Shown here piece after piece: positions 47,501 to 57,214 of a stretch of 64,000 bases of DNA. The position numbers were made by a program, and so were the translations under genes. The DNA is from Candidatus Levyibacteriota bacterium (lineage in GTDB: Bacteria; Patescibacteriota; Microgenomatia; Levybacterales; UBA12049). The notes beneath the pieces were generated by a model. It was not told where the DNA came from. It searched no databases and worked only from the letters and a program-made list of their open reading frames with translations. Where the stretch lies: positions 532 to 64,531 of the forward strand of contig JBPOIT010000008.1 in NCBI GenBank assembly GCA_052034235.1. The letters are read 5' to 3'. Numbering within the stretch: the first letter of the stretch is position 1; every line of letters begins with the position of its first letter.

Positions 47501-48019
47501 TTAAGAAACACCACTTGGATAACGTCTTATCTTGACCCAATCATTCATACCACTTTTTTCAATGAATTCTTTGCCTAAAAGCTTTAGGACAAGAAATCTG
47601 TGACGTCCTTCATCTGAAGATCTCCAATCATCATCAAGACCAATCCATTTATATTCTTGTTCTTCAAGGATATTCATTGACGGCAAAGTTGCTTTCTGAC
47701 CTCCTGCGTCACGCCCCGTATAACCTTCCCGTGTCATCATGAGTCTTGCGAGGTCATGAAGATAATGTGCCATTGTTTGATTTTTGGCATGTCGATGACC
47801 TACTTTTATGCCTTTCAAATGATCCCAATCTACACGACCATACTCCGCGACATCACTAGCTGTGGGGTTCTCTGGAACAGGCGGAAGATCTTCATTTCCT
47901 TCTGTTTTCCTCATCCTCAAGAGTCTATACATGAATTCAATTTGTGTAGGAAGTCTGGGTGGTTTCTCTCCCTTATTTTCAGGTTTTTCAGGCTGAAATG
48001 GAGGATTTTCTGATTCCAT
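47501..48019 (-). CDS. hypothetical protein
   Basis: ORF with plausible GGAAGGA SD. Start placed at the Met (MESENPP) downstream of the terminator hairpin. No family recognised. Confidence 0.4.
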   Translation of the reverse strand: MESENPPFQPEKPENKGEKPPRLPTQIEFMYRLLRMRKTEGNEDLPPVPENPTASDVAEYGRVDWDHLKGIKVGHRHAKNQTMAHYLHDLARLMMTREGYTGRDAGGQKATLPSMNILEEQEYKWIGLDDDWRSSDEGRHRFLVLKLLGKEFIEKSGMNDWVKIRRYPSGVS

Positions 48020-48041
48020 ACTATTTATAATATATCCTTCC

Positions 48042-48062
48042 CACAAAAAAAGCACCTTTCGG
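48042..48062 (-). terminator. rho-independent terminator downstream of tRNA-Gly
   Basis: On the minus strand: GCACCGAAAGGTGC hairpin (stem GCACC/GGTGC, loop GAAA) followed by TTTTTTT. Confidence 0.45.
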
Positions 48063-48085
48063 TGCTTCAATTGACTTATTCAGTG

Positions 48086-48157
48086 AGCGGGAGACGGGAT
48101 TCGGACCCGCGACCTTCTCGTTGGCAACGAGACGCTCTACCCCTGAGCTACTCCCGC
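48086..48157 (-). tRNA. tRNA-Gly (anticodon GCC)
   Basis: Hand-folded cloverleaf GCGGGAG...CTCCCGC-T. Anticodon stem TCTCG/CGAGA, loop TTGCCAA. Closely resembles bacterial tRNA-Gly(GCC). The T-loop reads TCCGAAT (C at position 55), which is unusual. CCA not encoded. Confidence 0.75.
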
Positions 48158-48396
48158 GATTGTAATAATCGCTTTAACTGTTCTCTTCCTTGACCTGATT
48201 TGAAAAATTGTGCTCGTGTGTGTGCTTCTGGTTTTGTTTTAAATTGTTCTTTGTAAACTAACGTAAAAGGAGCTGTGTGTCTGGTGTCGTTTGACAGGCC
48301 ACTGTTGTGCTCCAATACGGCTCTTTCCAGGTCATTGGTCGAACTCGTATACAATCCTCCGGTTTTTAGACTTCGTAATACATATACATAAAACAT
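48148..48396 (-). CDS. GIY-YIG nuclease domain protein (UPF0213/YhbQ-like)
   Basis: MFYVYVLRSLKTGGLYTSSTNDLERAVLEHN is the GIY-YIG core. Start at the internal Met. The 3' end overlaps the tRNA-Gly 5' end by about 10 nt. Confidence 0.6.
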   Translation of the reverse strand: MFYVYVLRSLKTGGLYTSSTNDLERAVLEHNSGLSNDTRHTAPFTLVYKEQFKTKPEAHTRAQFFKSGQGREQLKRLLQSRE

Positions 48397-48507
48397 CAGA
48401 GAAATGTAATCATGAGTATACCAAAAACTATAAATCACCTCAAGACTGAAATAGAAAAGAGGATCTTCCTACAATGGCAACCTGTTGTGATAATATAATA
48501 GTAAAAG

Positions 48508-50277
48508 ATGAATATGCCAGAGGGTGAATTATCCCCAAAAGTTGATAAACCAGCACAATTTCCTCCTCACGTCTTGACTGAGGCCAGCTCGCTCACTGTT
48601 CCTCCTGAATTACTCGCTGGTAGAGATACAGAAGAAGCAATCACCATAGATGGTGTGAGCTCAAGAGATTTAGATGACGCTATTCGATTAGAAAAAATCG
48701 GTGAAAATTATATTGTGCATATTTCAATTGCTGACGTCGGAGCACTTGTGCAGAAAGGATCTGCAATTGATACGACAGCACAAGAAAAAGGTTTTACACG
48801 ATACTTCGGAGAAGGGGAAACAGATCCTATGATCCCTCGTGAAGTATCCGAAGATAAATTGAGCCTTCTACCAGGTGGGGAGAAACCAACATTCACTGTC
48901 TCTATCCCTCTCACTAAGGATGCAAAAACTAAGGGCTTCAAAATAGGCGAAGCGCAATTTCGTAAAACTGCTTTTACCAGCAAAGGAAAATATGATTATT
49001 CAACGGTCGACAATGCTCTAAGCAATGAATCTGATCCAGCACATGAAATATTTGCGGATTATGAAGAAGTCGCTCAAAAATTGCATGAACAAAGAACAGG
49101 GGATGAATCTCTTCCTATTTATGATTTTGAGAAGGGAATTGTTTTGGACGAAGAAGGAGAAATTATTAGAATAACCGACGAGGAGCAATACAAGTCATAT
49201 ATGATCATTCATGAGTTTATGCATTTAGCAAACAGATCTGTAGCAGATTATTTTGTGAAAAATAATATTAACGCACTCTTTCGTAACCACACAGCCAAAG
49301 ATATAAGCAGTCCGCATGCGGCAATTATTCACAACTTGCATGAATATGAAGCTCAAGCAGATGTTGATGATTTAGACGAATTTCGAAGCAACATTTCGCT
49401 AGTTATGAATAAGGCAACTATTGATACACAAGCTAAAGGACATTTTGGACTCAATATTCCTGCATATCTCCATTTCACCTCTCCAATTAGAAGATACGAA
49501 GATCTTGTCAATCATCGAATATTGACAGCAGTTTTGGCTGGAGAGGCTAACCCTTATACGCTAGGTGAACTGCAAGAAATAGCTGATAAACTTAACACTC
49601 TCTCTGACGCGTCCCACCAAGAAACAAGGCAACATTTCATCGATAAAGCAAACAAGGTCGTTGATGTATTTGCTGAATCCGGTAATTATAGCGCAGCTTC
49701 AGAAAAAGAAATGGATAGAATCATTAAATCCATGGTCCGAAGAGACGATGAGTATCAATTGCCTCCAGCCTTACGTGAAGAAATAGAGACAAGAATTAAT
49801 GAGGGCAACTTGCCTATCGAAGATCTCTTTATGATACTTACGAAACAAGTACATAGAGATGCTGATTGGGAACATTTGCAAATCAGAGTAATAAGATTCT
49901 TGCAACGAACTATTGCTGCAAATAAAGCAGGATATAGCGGTATTATTGATCTGGGAGTCAAACGACTCAGTTGGCAGCGGCCAAGTCATACAACTGAAAA
50001 AACAGACACCGATGAAGCCGGTAGAAGTGTTTTTACAGCTTCAGCGACACTCAATGTCGGCGAAGATAGACCTCAAATTACCTCTGATGAGGGTAAACAT
50101 TATCAGGTAAAGCATGCCAAAAATCTCGCAACTATTGATGCAATTGCAAAGTACTTCCATATTCCGCTTGAGCAAGAACCTGAAATATTACCATTTGATA
50201 TTGGAAAACCATATAGTCGTTCGACACGTAATCGAAGGGAGAGAATACAACGGCCAGTTCGGAGGGATGAGACATAG
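48508..50277 (+). CDS. RNB-domain 3'-5' exoribonuclease (RNase II/R family) without canonical CSD/S1 flanks
   Basis: RNB motif ITIDGVSSRDLDDAI and HFGLNIPAYLHFTSPIRRYEDLVNHR. No S1 domain visible at the C-terminus. Confidence 0.7.
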   Translation: MNMPEGELSPKVDKPAQFPPHVLTEASSLTVPPELLAGRDTEEAITIDGVSSRDLDDAIRLEKIGENYIVHISIADVGALVQKGSAIDTTAQEKGFTRYFGEGETDPMIPREVSEDKLSLLPGGEKPTFTVSIPLTKDAKTKGFKIGEAQFRKTAFTSKGKYDYSTVDNALSNESDPAHEIFADYEEVAQKLHEQRTGDESLPIYDFEKGIVLDEEGEIIRITDEEQYKSYMIIHEFMHLANRSVADYFVKNNINALFRNHTAKDISSPHAAIIHNLHEYEAQADVDDLDEFRSNISLVMNKATIDTQAKGHFGLNIPAYLHFTSPIRRYEDLVNHRILTAVLAGEANPYTLGELQEIADKLNTLSDASHQETRQHFIDKANKVVDVFAESGNYSAASEKEMDRIIKSMVRRDDEYQLPPALREEIETRINEGNLPIEDLFMILTKQVHRDADWEHLQIRVIRFLQRTIAANKAGYSGIIDLGVKRLSWQRPSHTTEKTDTDEAGRSVFTASATLNVGEDRPQITSDEGKHYQVKHAKNLATIDAIAKYFHIPLEQEPEILPFDIGKPYSRSTRNRRERIQRPVRRDET

Positions 50278-50318
50278 TTTTCCTTGTAAAGTCACTACAA
50301 AACAGCTAAAGTAAATGT

Positions 50319-50756
50319 ATGACCTACGGAAAAGTGAATGAGTCTCAATATCTTCTGCGACTTGAAAAAGGGGAAGAAATCCCTGAAGTGGTAAAACATT
50401 TTTGCAAAATACAAAACATACAAAACGCCTCAATCAGTGCCCTCGGTTCAATAGAAAGTCCCACACTTGCTCATTATCGAGTTGATTCGAAGAAATATTC
50501 AGAAAAAACGCTTGAAGGAATATTTGAAGTGACAAGTTTGATTGGAACAGTTGGCATGTCAGAAGGGGAGCCAGTTGTTCATTTACATGCAACAATCAGT
50601 GATGAATCCATGACTGTCTTTGGAGGTCATCTCGCAAAAGGAAACGTTTCAGCGACACTTGAAATGGTCATTAGCGTTTTTGAAACGTCATTTGAGAAAA
50701 TCCCGAACGAGGAGATAGGACTTAAATTATTTGAACTGCCAAGCAAACTCGACTAA
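50319..50756 (+). CDS. PPC (DUF296) domain protein
   Basis: 145 aa. The QNASISALGSIESPTL...HLHATISDE pattern matches the PPC/DUF296 fold. Confidence 0.55.
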   Translation: MTYGKVNESQYLLRLEKGEEIPEVVKHFCKIQNIQNASISALGSIESPTLAHYRVDSKKYSEKTLEGIFEVTSLIGTVGMSEGEPVVHLHATISDESMTVFGGHLAKGNVSATLEMVISVFETSFEKIPNEEIGLKLFELPSKLD

Positions 50757-50760
50757 TAAT

Positions 50761-51993
50761 TTAACACGCTTCACAAATACTCTTGAACTTCGCTGCTGTT
50801 GCTTCCCAACTTAAATCCTGGACCTTACTGTACACAAGCTCACTTGCTTTGGCATACGCATCCTGATCGATCAGTAAATTTTGCATTTTTTCAGCAAGCA
50901 GAAGCGGGTTATTGGCTGAGGTGATAAGGGCAGAATGTTTTTTGTCGAAAAGATCTGAAACACCCGTTGCATCAGTTGTGATAACAGGAATCCCGCATGC
51001 CATCGCTTCAAGAGCTGTGATGCCAAACGATTCGTAATGTGAAGGCATAGCCACAATTTTGGAAGCATTATAATAATTTGGCAGCTCATCCTGATGTTTG
51101 CGTCCCACAAATTTTACCGCGGTTGGGATGTTAAGAATTTGGCGAATTTTTTCAAGTTTTCGAAGTTCATCTGACCATTTTGCAACTTCCTCAGAAGTGT
51201 TACCTCCCACAACCCACAAACAAACCTGTAGATCCGGATTTTTTTGACGGAGTATTTTGAGAGCATAAATAATCGTATCAATCCCTTTTAACGGTTCGAT
51301 CCTGCCGACGAATAGAATAATTTCATGATCCAAATCTGCCCCAATGGTTCTTTTTGCCTGCAATTTATCTTTGGGACGAAAATGCTGCAAGTTAACCCCA
51401 GGTGTTAAAACTTCAATTTTTCTCTCAGGACAATCATAAAGTGTTGCGAGGTATTCCGAATCGTGCTCACTCGTTGCAATCACCTTATCAGCTTTTTTAA
51501 CAAGCAGTAGTTCAGCTTCAACCCGTTCAATGTCTTCTTTTTCATCAGCTGAGCGTGCAACCAGGTTTTTCATAAGAGCCAATGTATGAAACGTAATTGT
51601 CATCGGTATACCCAGGTTCTTTTTAATATCCATTCCAATGAGACCTGATAAATAGTAATGACAACTGACCACATCATACTTTAGCTCCTCAGATTCAACG
51701 AATGCATAAAAGTTAAGTAAAAATTCCTGGATGTAATTTCCTAACTCTTTTTTGGGAAGTGGTATTTCTTCACCTGCTGGAATATGTATAACGCGGAGAT
51801 TTTTCGCAACGTCTACAATTTTAGGTCTGGAGTCATCTTGCGATCTCGTATACAGATCAAGCACATAACCTTTTTTGGCCAGTGCTTTTGCAAGCTCTAG
51901 TACATACACATTCATGCCGCCAACTTCCTTTCCTTCCTCATCGGAAAGGGGACACGTGTGATAAGAAATAACTGCTAATCGTTTTAATTTCAT
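50761..51993 (-). CDS. glycosyltransferase family 4 (MshA/BshA-like retaining GT)
   Basis: N-terminal SYHTCPLSDEEGKEVGGMNVYVLELAKAL, like MshA/BshA-type GT4. C-terminal EX7E region (FGITALEAMACGIPVI). Confidence 0.8.
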   Translation of the reverse strand: MKLKRLAVISYHTCPLSDEEGKEVGGMNVYVLELAKALAKKGYVLDLYTRSQDDSRPKIVDVAKNLRVIHIPAGEEIPLPKKELGNYIQEFLLNFYAFVESEELKYDVVSCHYYLSGLIGMDIKKNLGIPMTITFHTLALMKNLVARSADEKEDIERVEAELLLVKKADKVIATSEHDSEYLATLYDCPERKIEVLTPGVNLQHFRPKDKLQAKRTIGADLDHEIILFVGRIEPLKGIDTIIYALKILRQKNPDLQVCLWVVGGNTSEEVAKWSDELRKLEKIRQILNIPTAVKFVGRKHQDELPNYYNASKIVAMPSHYESFGITALEAMACGIPVITTDATGVSDLFDKKHSALITSANNPLLLAEKMQNLLIDQDAYAKASELVYSKVQDLSWEATAAKFKSICEAC

Positions 51994-52037
51994 AAGGCGC
52001 TAAACAGACCCGAGTATTGTATAATAATTAAATAGAA

Positions 52038-52640
52038 ATGACTACGATCTATCTCACACGCCACGGAGAAGTTTTTAACCCAAAAGGAATTCTTTACGGC
52101 AGACTACCACGGTATAAATTGTCTGACCACGGAAAAAAACAAATTGAACAATCTGCAGCATTTTTGAAAGATAAAAAGATCGAAGCCGTGTATGCAAGCC
52201 CGCTCATGCGAGCACAACAAACGGCAGAAATACTGTGCGACAAGCTCAAACTACATAGAAATTATATGTCCAAATCCCTCCTTGAAGTGAATACGTCGTT
52301 TCAGGGAACTCCTTTTGCCAAACTTAGTCCAGACCAATCTGAACTCTATCTCTCTGAAAAGCGCCATAAGTCAGATGAAAGTATTGAAGAACTTGCCCAG
52401 CGTTATCACAAATTTTTTGAAAGATTGTCAGCACTGCATCCTGACGAAACATTTGCAGCCGTGGGACACGGTGATCCGATTATGGCATTTCGCGCATTCG
52501 TTAATAATATGCCCCTCACACTGCCCTCAATCAGAACGAACAAACACTATAACTATGTAAAACATGGAGAGGTATTAAAATTACAAATCGACAGAGATGG
52601 CACAATGACAATCGAAAACGCGTTTATCCCTACTGTCTGA
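52038..52640 (+). CDS. histidine phosphatase (phosphoglycerate-mutase-like) family protein
   Basis: IYLTRHGE catalytic His motif and YASPLMRAQQTAEIL. Confidence 0.75.
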   Translation: MTTIYLTRHGEVFNPKGILYGRLPRYKLSDHGKKQIEQSAAFLKDKKIEAVYASPLMRAQQTAEILCDKLKLHRNYMSKSLLEVNTSFQGTPFAKLSPDQSELYLSEKRHKSDESIEELAQRYHKFFERLSALHPDETFAAVGHGDPIMAFRAFVNNMPLTLPSIRTNKHYNYVKHGEVLKLQIDRDGTMTIENAFIPTV

Positions 52641-52644
52641 TCAG

Positions 52645-53799
52645 ATGAAACTCTATAATTCCCTCACAAAACAACTTGAACTCTTCAAGCCGTCAAACGG
52701 CAAGAGTGTGACGATGTATGTTTGCGGTATAACGCCGTATGACACAACACATCTTGGGCACGCCTTTACCTATATGGCCTTTGATATTTTGCAGAGATAC
52801 ATGCGTTTTCAGGGGTATACCGTAACGTATGTCCAAAATGTGACGGATATTGATGATGATATTCTCAAACGGGCAAAGGAAACAAACCAAAATTGGCGGG
52901 AACTTGGAAATTTTTGGACAGAAAAATTTCTTTTTGACTTAAAAACGCTCAATATCGATTTACCCACAACGTATGTAAAAGCAACAGAATCGATAGATAC
53001 AATTATTGAAATCGTAAAAGGTCTACAAAAAAAAGATTTTGCATACGAAGTTGATGGAACTGTTTTTTTTGATGTGCAAAAAGATAACGAGTACGGCAAA
53101 TTATCAAAGTATTCAAAAACTGAAATGATAACACTTTCAAAAGAACGTGGTGCCAATCCTGATGATCCGCGAAAAAAGAATCCGCTTGATTTTATAATGT
53201 GGCAAAAAGCAGCAGGCGACGAACCTTTTTGGCAATCACCTTGGGGGAAAGGCAGACCCGGATGGCATATTGAATGCAGTGCCATGATATACAAATACCT
53301 TTACAAATACATTGACATACACGGTGGCGGTAGTGATTTGATTTATCCACATCACGAGAGTGAAATAGCCCAATCTGAGAATTTTACTGGCGAAAAACCC
53401 TTTGTGAAATTTTGGATGCATACGGGGGCGGTCGGCTACCAAGGTGAAAAAATGTCAAAATCGCTGGGTAATCTTGTGATGATTTCTGATCTTTTAAAAA
53501 CATATTCTCCAAACACTATTCGTTTTTTGCTCCTTTCTCACCACTACAGAGAACCATGGGAATATATAGAGGAAATGACCCAAGAGGCGAGTAAACATGT
53601 ACAAAGGCTCTTTGAAAACATGCATTCAGCAACATTGCATGAAACGCACATCGACAAAAAACTCATTGAGTTGTTTACGAAAGCCCTGCAACAAGACCTA
53701 AATACACCTGAGGCTCTCAAAGTAGTAGAACAAGCGATTATCCGAAAAGAGATTGCCACAGCCAAAAAAATGGCGGACATACTTGGATTTATTATTTAG
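52645..53799 (+). CDS. cysS: cysteinyl-tRNA synthetase-like Cys ligase (short form, 384 aa)
   Basis: HIGH-type CGITPYDTTHLGHA, Zn/Cys-binding WHIECSAM, KMSKS (KMSKSLGN). Ends about 60-80 aa before a canonical CysS C-terminus. Confidence 0.75.
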   Translation: MKLYNSLTKQLELFKPSNGKSVTMYVCGITPYDTTHLGHAFTYMAFDILQRYMRFQGYTVTYVQNVTDIDDDILKRAKETNQNWRELGNFWTEKFLFDLKTLNIDLPTTYVKATESIDTIIEIVKGLQKKDFAYEVDGTVFFDVQKDNEYGKLSKYSKTEMITLSKERGANPDDPRKKNPLDFIMWQKAAGDEPFWQSPWGKGRPGWHIECSAMIYKYLYKYIDIHGGGSDLIYPHHESEIAQSENFTGEKPFVKFWMHTGAVGYQGEKMSKSLGNLVMISDLLKTYSPNTIRFLLLSHHYREPWEYIEEMTQEASKHVQRLFENMHSATLHETHIDKKLIELFTKALQQDLNTPEALKVVEQAIIRKEIATAKKMADILGFII

Positions 53800-53942
53800 T
53801 TTTCTTTAAAATCCTCTCAATCTTGAAATTTTCTATTAATTTTTTTACAATTTTAGTTGGAATGTAAATCTTGCAATATGAAGTATGTAAGAAAAAAGTA
53901 ATCAAAAAGAGTATCTGACCTCAAATCAGCCTACTGCTGACC

Positions 53943-54773
53943 TTGCAATACTTTGTTCCTCGTACTAATATGGATATAATGAATATTAAATTTAAACACG
54001 ACTATAAAGCTATTATGCTTGATGTCGACGGTACACTGGTTACAAATGAATACGAAGGCAGAATCTCCCCCAAAGTAAAACAAACAATCCTCAAGGCAAA
54101 CGCAAAAGTAAAAGTAGGCATAGCAAGCGGTAGACCTTTAGCACGAGTGAGCTTTATTATGGAAGAACTCAAACTCAAAATACCCTGTGTTATCGGCGGC
54201 GGAACACAAATAGTTGATCCGTTAACTGGTTTAATTATTTGGGAACAACCAATCCTTACAAAAGATGCAGCTCTCCTTCAGAAAGAACTCCAGCAAGTAC
54301 CATACAAAGTGTGGGTCGTTGATGAAGTTGAAGAAATATTACTGACTCCAAATTTAAAATTAAAAAAACCGTTAAACTTCTTTATGTCTAAAATACTTGA
54401 AGAAGAAGCCGATAGATTAATTTCTCTTTTTTCTAATACTCCAACCCTTGCACTCACGAAAGTCGTCGCTTATACACCAGGGTATGTTTCACTACATATT
54501 ACACACGCTCAGGCTACAAAACAACACGCGATTGAAAAAGTTGCAGAAATTCTCAAACTTGACCGTGATCAAATAATCGGAGTGGGGGATGGCCACAACG
54601 ATATTCCTCTTTTCAAAGCTTGTGGATTACGAGTTGCTATGGGAGATGCTGTACAGCTTCTGAAAGAACGTGCAGATTATATTGCACCTAGCTGTATAGA
54701 TGACGGCGTTGCTGATGTATTTGAGAAGTTTATTATGCATGATACCATGCAAACAATTAAGAAACTTGACTAG
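53943..54773 (+). CDS. Cof-type HAD-IIB phosphatase
   Basis: Motif I LDVDGTLV and motif IV GDGHNDIPLF. Confidence 0.75.
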   Translation: MQYFVPRTNMDIMNIKFKHDYKAIMLDVDGTLVTNEYEGRISPKVKQTILKANAKVKVGIASGRPLARVSFIMEELKLKIPCVIGGGTQIVDPLTGLIIWEQPILTKDAALLQKELQQVPYKVWVVDEVEEILLTPNLKLKKPLNFFMSKILEEEADRLISLFSNTPTLALTKVVAYTPGYVSLHITHAQATKQHAIEKVAEILKLDRDQIIGVGDGHNDIPLFKACGLRVAMGDAVQLLKERADYIAPSCIDDGVADVFEKFIMHDTMQTIKKLD

Positions 54774-54774
54774 T

Positions 54775-55461
54775 TTATTTTTCTACCGCAAATACCACAT
54801 GAACGTCTTCTCTGTTTGAAACAATTTCAATTCTTACTGTTTTGTCCAATGTGTTTTCAATGTATAAATTCTGCATTTCACTAACGTTTGGCTCACCTGG
54901 AGCATAATATATTGATGTACCATATTCACGAGAAACATCAGGTATGACTGCAAAATCATGGTTCACAGGCGAAACCACTTTCAAACCAGCACTGCGAGCA
55001 GCACGATTAAAAAGTGAAGCTAAATGGCAGACTCCATCTCCATAAAGATAGCCTGACGATTTAAAGCCGTCTGATGCATTAAAATGAGACGCTGTAGTTG
55101 CAACAACTGAGTCTTTATATTGCTCCATGACGCCGTCATGAAAGGCAAAGACCTCGCCAGGTTTTAAAACAATTTCATGTGTTTGTTCTGCTCTGACAGC
55201 TTCCCAGTTAATATTCTTAGGATCAACAATACGTCCAGACATACGAGAAAGTGTCAAAAGGATATTGTCTGCAAACACTTCATTAACGTTTGGCACTTTG
55301 TACCTGTTGGTTAATGACATGTTGTCTTCAGCAAGAATATCTTTTTGAGCATACGCTTGCTGCACTGTAGACAATGCGGCCAAAGATACTGCTCCCGATT
55401 GGACTTGCATTGCACCGATTGCAATCGCCATTGGTGTAATAACTAATAATTTTTTTATCAT
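54775..55461 (-). CDS. VanW family protein
   Basis: Signal peptide. GDGVCHLASLFNRAARSAGL matches the conserved VanW GGGVCQ.ST.LYNAA..AGL block. Confidence 0.6.
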   Translation of the reverse strand: MIKKLLVITPMAIAIGAMQVQSGAVSLAALSTVQQAYAQKDILAEDNMSLTNRYKVPNVNEVFADNILLTLSRMSGRIVDPKNINWEAVRAEQTHEIVLKPGEVFAFHDGVMEQYKDSVVATTASHFNASDGFKSSGYLYGDGVCHLASLFNRAARSAGLKVVSPVNHDFAVIPDVSREYGTSIYYAPGEPNVSEMQNLYIENTLDKTVRIEIVSNREDVHVVFAVEK

Positions 55462-55570
55462 AATACTCCTGGCTTAATTAAAAGCCTATAGTTTGTATTA
55501 TACATTACTATAAGTCTATTTGTCAAATTAATACTTTACTTTCTTAACGGAGTTGTTCTAATCTATATCT

Positions 55571-56266
55571 ATGGCAAAAAAAGCTGCACCTTCTAAAAAA
55601 TCGCAAAAGAATAAAGCGTTACACTTAACAATCGTCATTCTCGGAACATTTCTTCTTCTCGTTGGATTTATCGCTTTTTCACAACAGCCCAAAATCCTTG
55701 ATTGTGCTAATTCAGAAAGTTGTATAGGAGACCTCTCAGGTAAGAGAGAATTCGATAATACTGGTGTATTCATGGGGCAAAACGTAGAAGCTCCTATGAA
55801 ATTTGAAAAGCAGTTGTATGCACTTGAAGAGGCACAAGCAGTCCTGGGTGAAGCGACAAATAAAAAACTGTATGTCGATCTTAGTAAGCAAAGGATCTAT
55901 GCATTTGAAGGTGATAGTCTGAAATATGAATTCCCAGTATCAACGGGGAAGTGGTATGCGACGCCAACTGGAGAATTTAGAATTTGGACATGGCTTCGTT
56001 ATACCCGTATGTCAGGCGGCAATAAAGCTAACGGCACATATTATAACCTGCCAAACGTGCCATATACCATGTACTTTGCTAACTCATCGATTTCTCGTAC
56101 TCGAGGTTATGGTATTCATGGAGCATATTGGCACAACAATTTTGGACAACCGATGAGTCATGGATGTGTCAATATGAAAGAGGAAGATGTGGCTCAAATT
56201 TATGAGTGGACATACAAAAACACTGAAATTCCACTTGTTATCTACGGAACAACACCAAAGGCATAA
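55571..56266 (+). CDS. L,D-transpeptidase (YkuD domain)
   Basis: N-terminal TM anchor. Catalytic HG...SHGCVNM motif (GIHGAYWHNNFGQPMSHGCVNM). Confidence 0.8.
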   Translation: MAKKAAPSKKSQKNKALHLTIVILGTFLLLVGFIAFSQQPKILDCANSESCIGDLSGKREFDNTGVFMGQNVEAPMKFEKQLYALEEAQAVLGEATNKKLYVDLSKQRIYAFEGDSLKYEFPVSTGKWYATPTGEFRIWTWLRYTRMSGGNKANGTYYNLPNVPYTMYFANSSISRTRGYGIHGAYWHNNFGQPMSHGCVNMKEEDVAQIYEWTYKNTEIPLVIYGTTPKA

Positions 56267-56269
56267 GCA

Positions 56270-56986
56270 TTAGATAAGTCCCGCACTACGCATTTTCTTT
56301 GCACAACCAGGGAATTGGTTATAAATACTTGATCCTGAAAGTAACTGTTTTACAGCAGCCTTTTGGACTTCAAGCGGTGCAAGGTCAGCACGTTCATAGC
56401 CAGTATTCATTCTTTTCCAAGTTCCATGTGAGAATTGAAACGCTCCATAATAGCCGTTACCAGTATTTTTCGCAGGATCCATTCCAGCTTCACAATTACC
56501 AAGGTAGGTAATAGCTTCTTCAGATATAGGTGAAGCAGCGTTTGGCGCGCTTACAGGGGCTGCAGGCGCCTGTGTAGGTGCAACGGTAGGTTGTACACTG
56601 AGGGCAGACAAATAGCCGATTTGTTTCAAATAAACATCATTTTTTTGCTTTGTAATTTCACTATTACGCTCCGCAAGCACCGTTGCAAGTTCTACTGGCA
56701 TTTCAGGCTTTTCGGCACGTACTTTAAGAACAGCATCTTTGGCGATATTTTCAGGATTAGTGATCCATGCATTATCGTTCCACAATGTTGTCCAGTGTTC
56801 ATTTGAACCATAGGCTTTTTCAGAAAGGGATGCTAGGGTTGTTTCTTTTTCAACAACATAGCCAACGTATTCTTTTTCAGGAAGCACACGTGTAAACGCC
56901 ATGTTTGTATCAGAAACGGCAGGTGTTCCCAACGCGGTTGATAGGAACAATGCTGATGATAAAACTGTTGTAATCATAGTCTCCAT
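56270..56986 (-). CDS. LysM-domain resuscitation-promoting-factor-like transglycosylase
   Basis: LysM (YVGYVVEKETTLASLSEKAYG...) followed by a Pro/Ala linker and an Rpf-type transglycosylase domain (CEAGMDPAKNTGNGYYGAFQFSHGTW). Confidence 0.65.
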   Translation of the reverse strand: METMITTVLSSALFLSTALGTPAVSDTNMAFTRVLPEKEYVGYVVEKETTLASLSEKAYGSNEHWTTLWNDNAWITNPENIAKDAVLKVRAEKPEMPVELATVLAERNSEITKQKNDVYLKQIGYLSALSVQPTVAPTQAPAAPVSAPNAASPISEEAITYLGNCEAGMDPAKNTGNGYYGAFQFSHGTWKRMNTGYERADLAPLEVQKAAVKQLLSGSSIYNQFPGCAKKMRSAGLI

Positions 56987-57138
56987 AGTTTTTCCTCAAT
57001 CCTTGCTCATGTATATCAGAACAAAGACAATGTGCGAGATTATATACTATAAGACGTATTTTGTCAAGTCTAGGGGGATTTCGTTCTACTGAAGATAGAA
57101 TGTCTGAGTCTTTACCGAAGTTGTATTAAACGAGAATT

Positions 57139-57214
57139 TGGTGCTGAGAGAGTGAGTCGAACACTCATGGCCTGTTCTTCAGACAGGTGCCTTGACCACC
57201 TTGGCTATCTCAGC
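57139..57214 (-). tRNA. tRNA-Phe (anticodon GAA), CCA encoded
   Basis: Hand-folded: acceptor GCTGAGA/TCTCAGC, anticodon stem CCTGT/ACAGG, loop CTGAAGA, T-arm GAGTG-TTCGACT-CACTC, discriminator A followed by encoded CCA. Confidence 0.8.

Noticed and set aside
52645-53799. Calling the short CysS-like gene mshC outright.
   Set aside because: All CysS catalytic and Zn motifs are present, and reduced-genome lineages often carry short CysS. Without a second cysS copy or a phylogeny, the MshC-like interpretation remains a hypothesis only.
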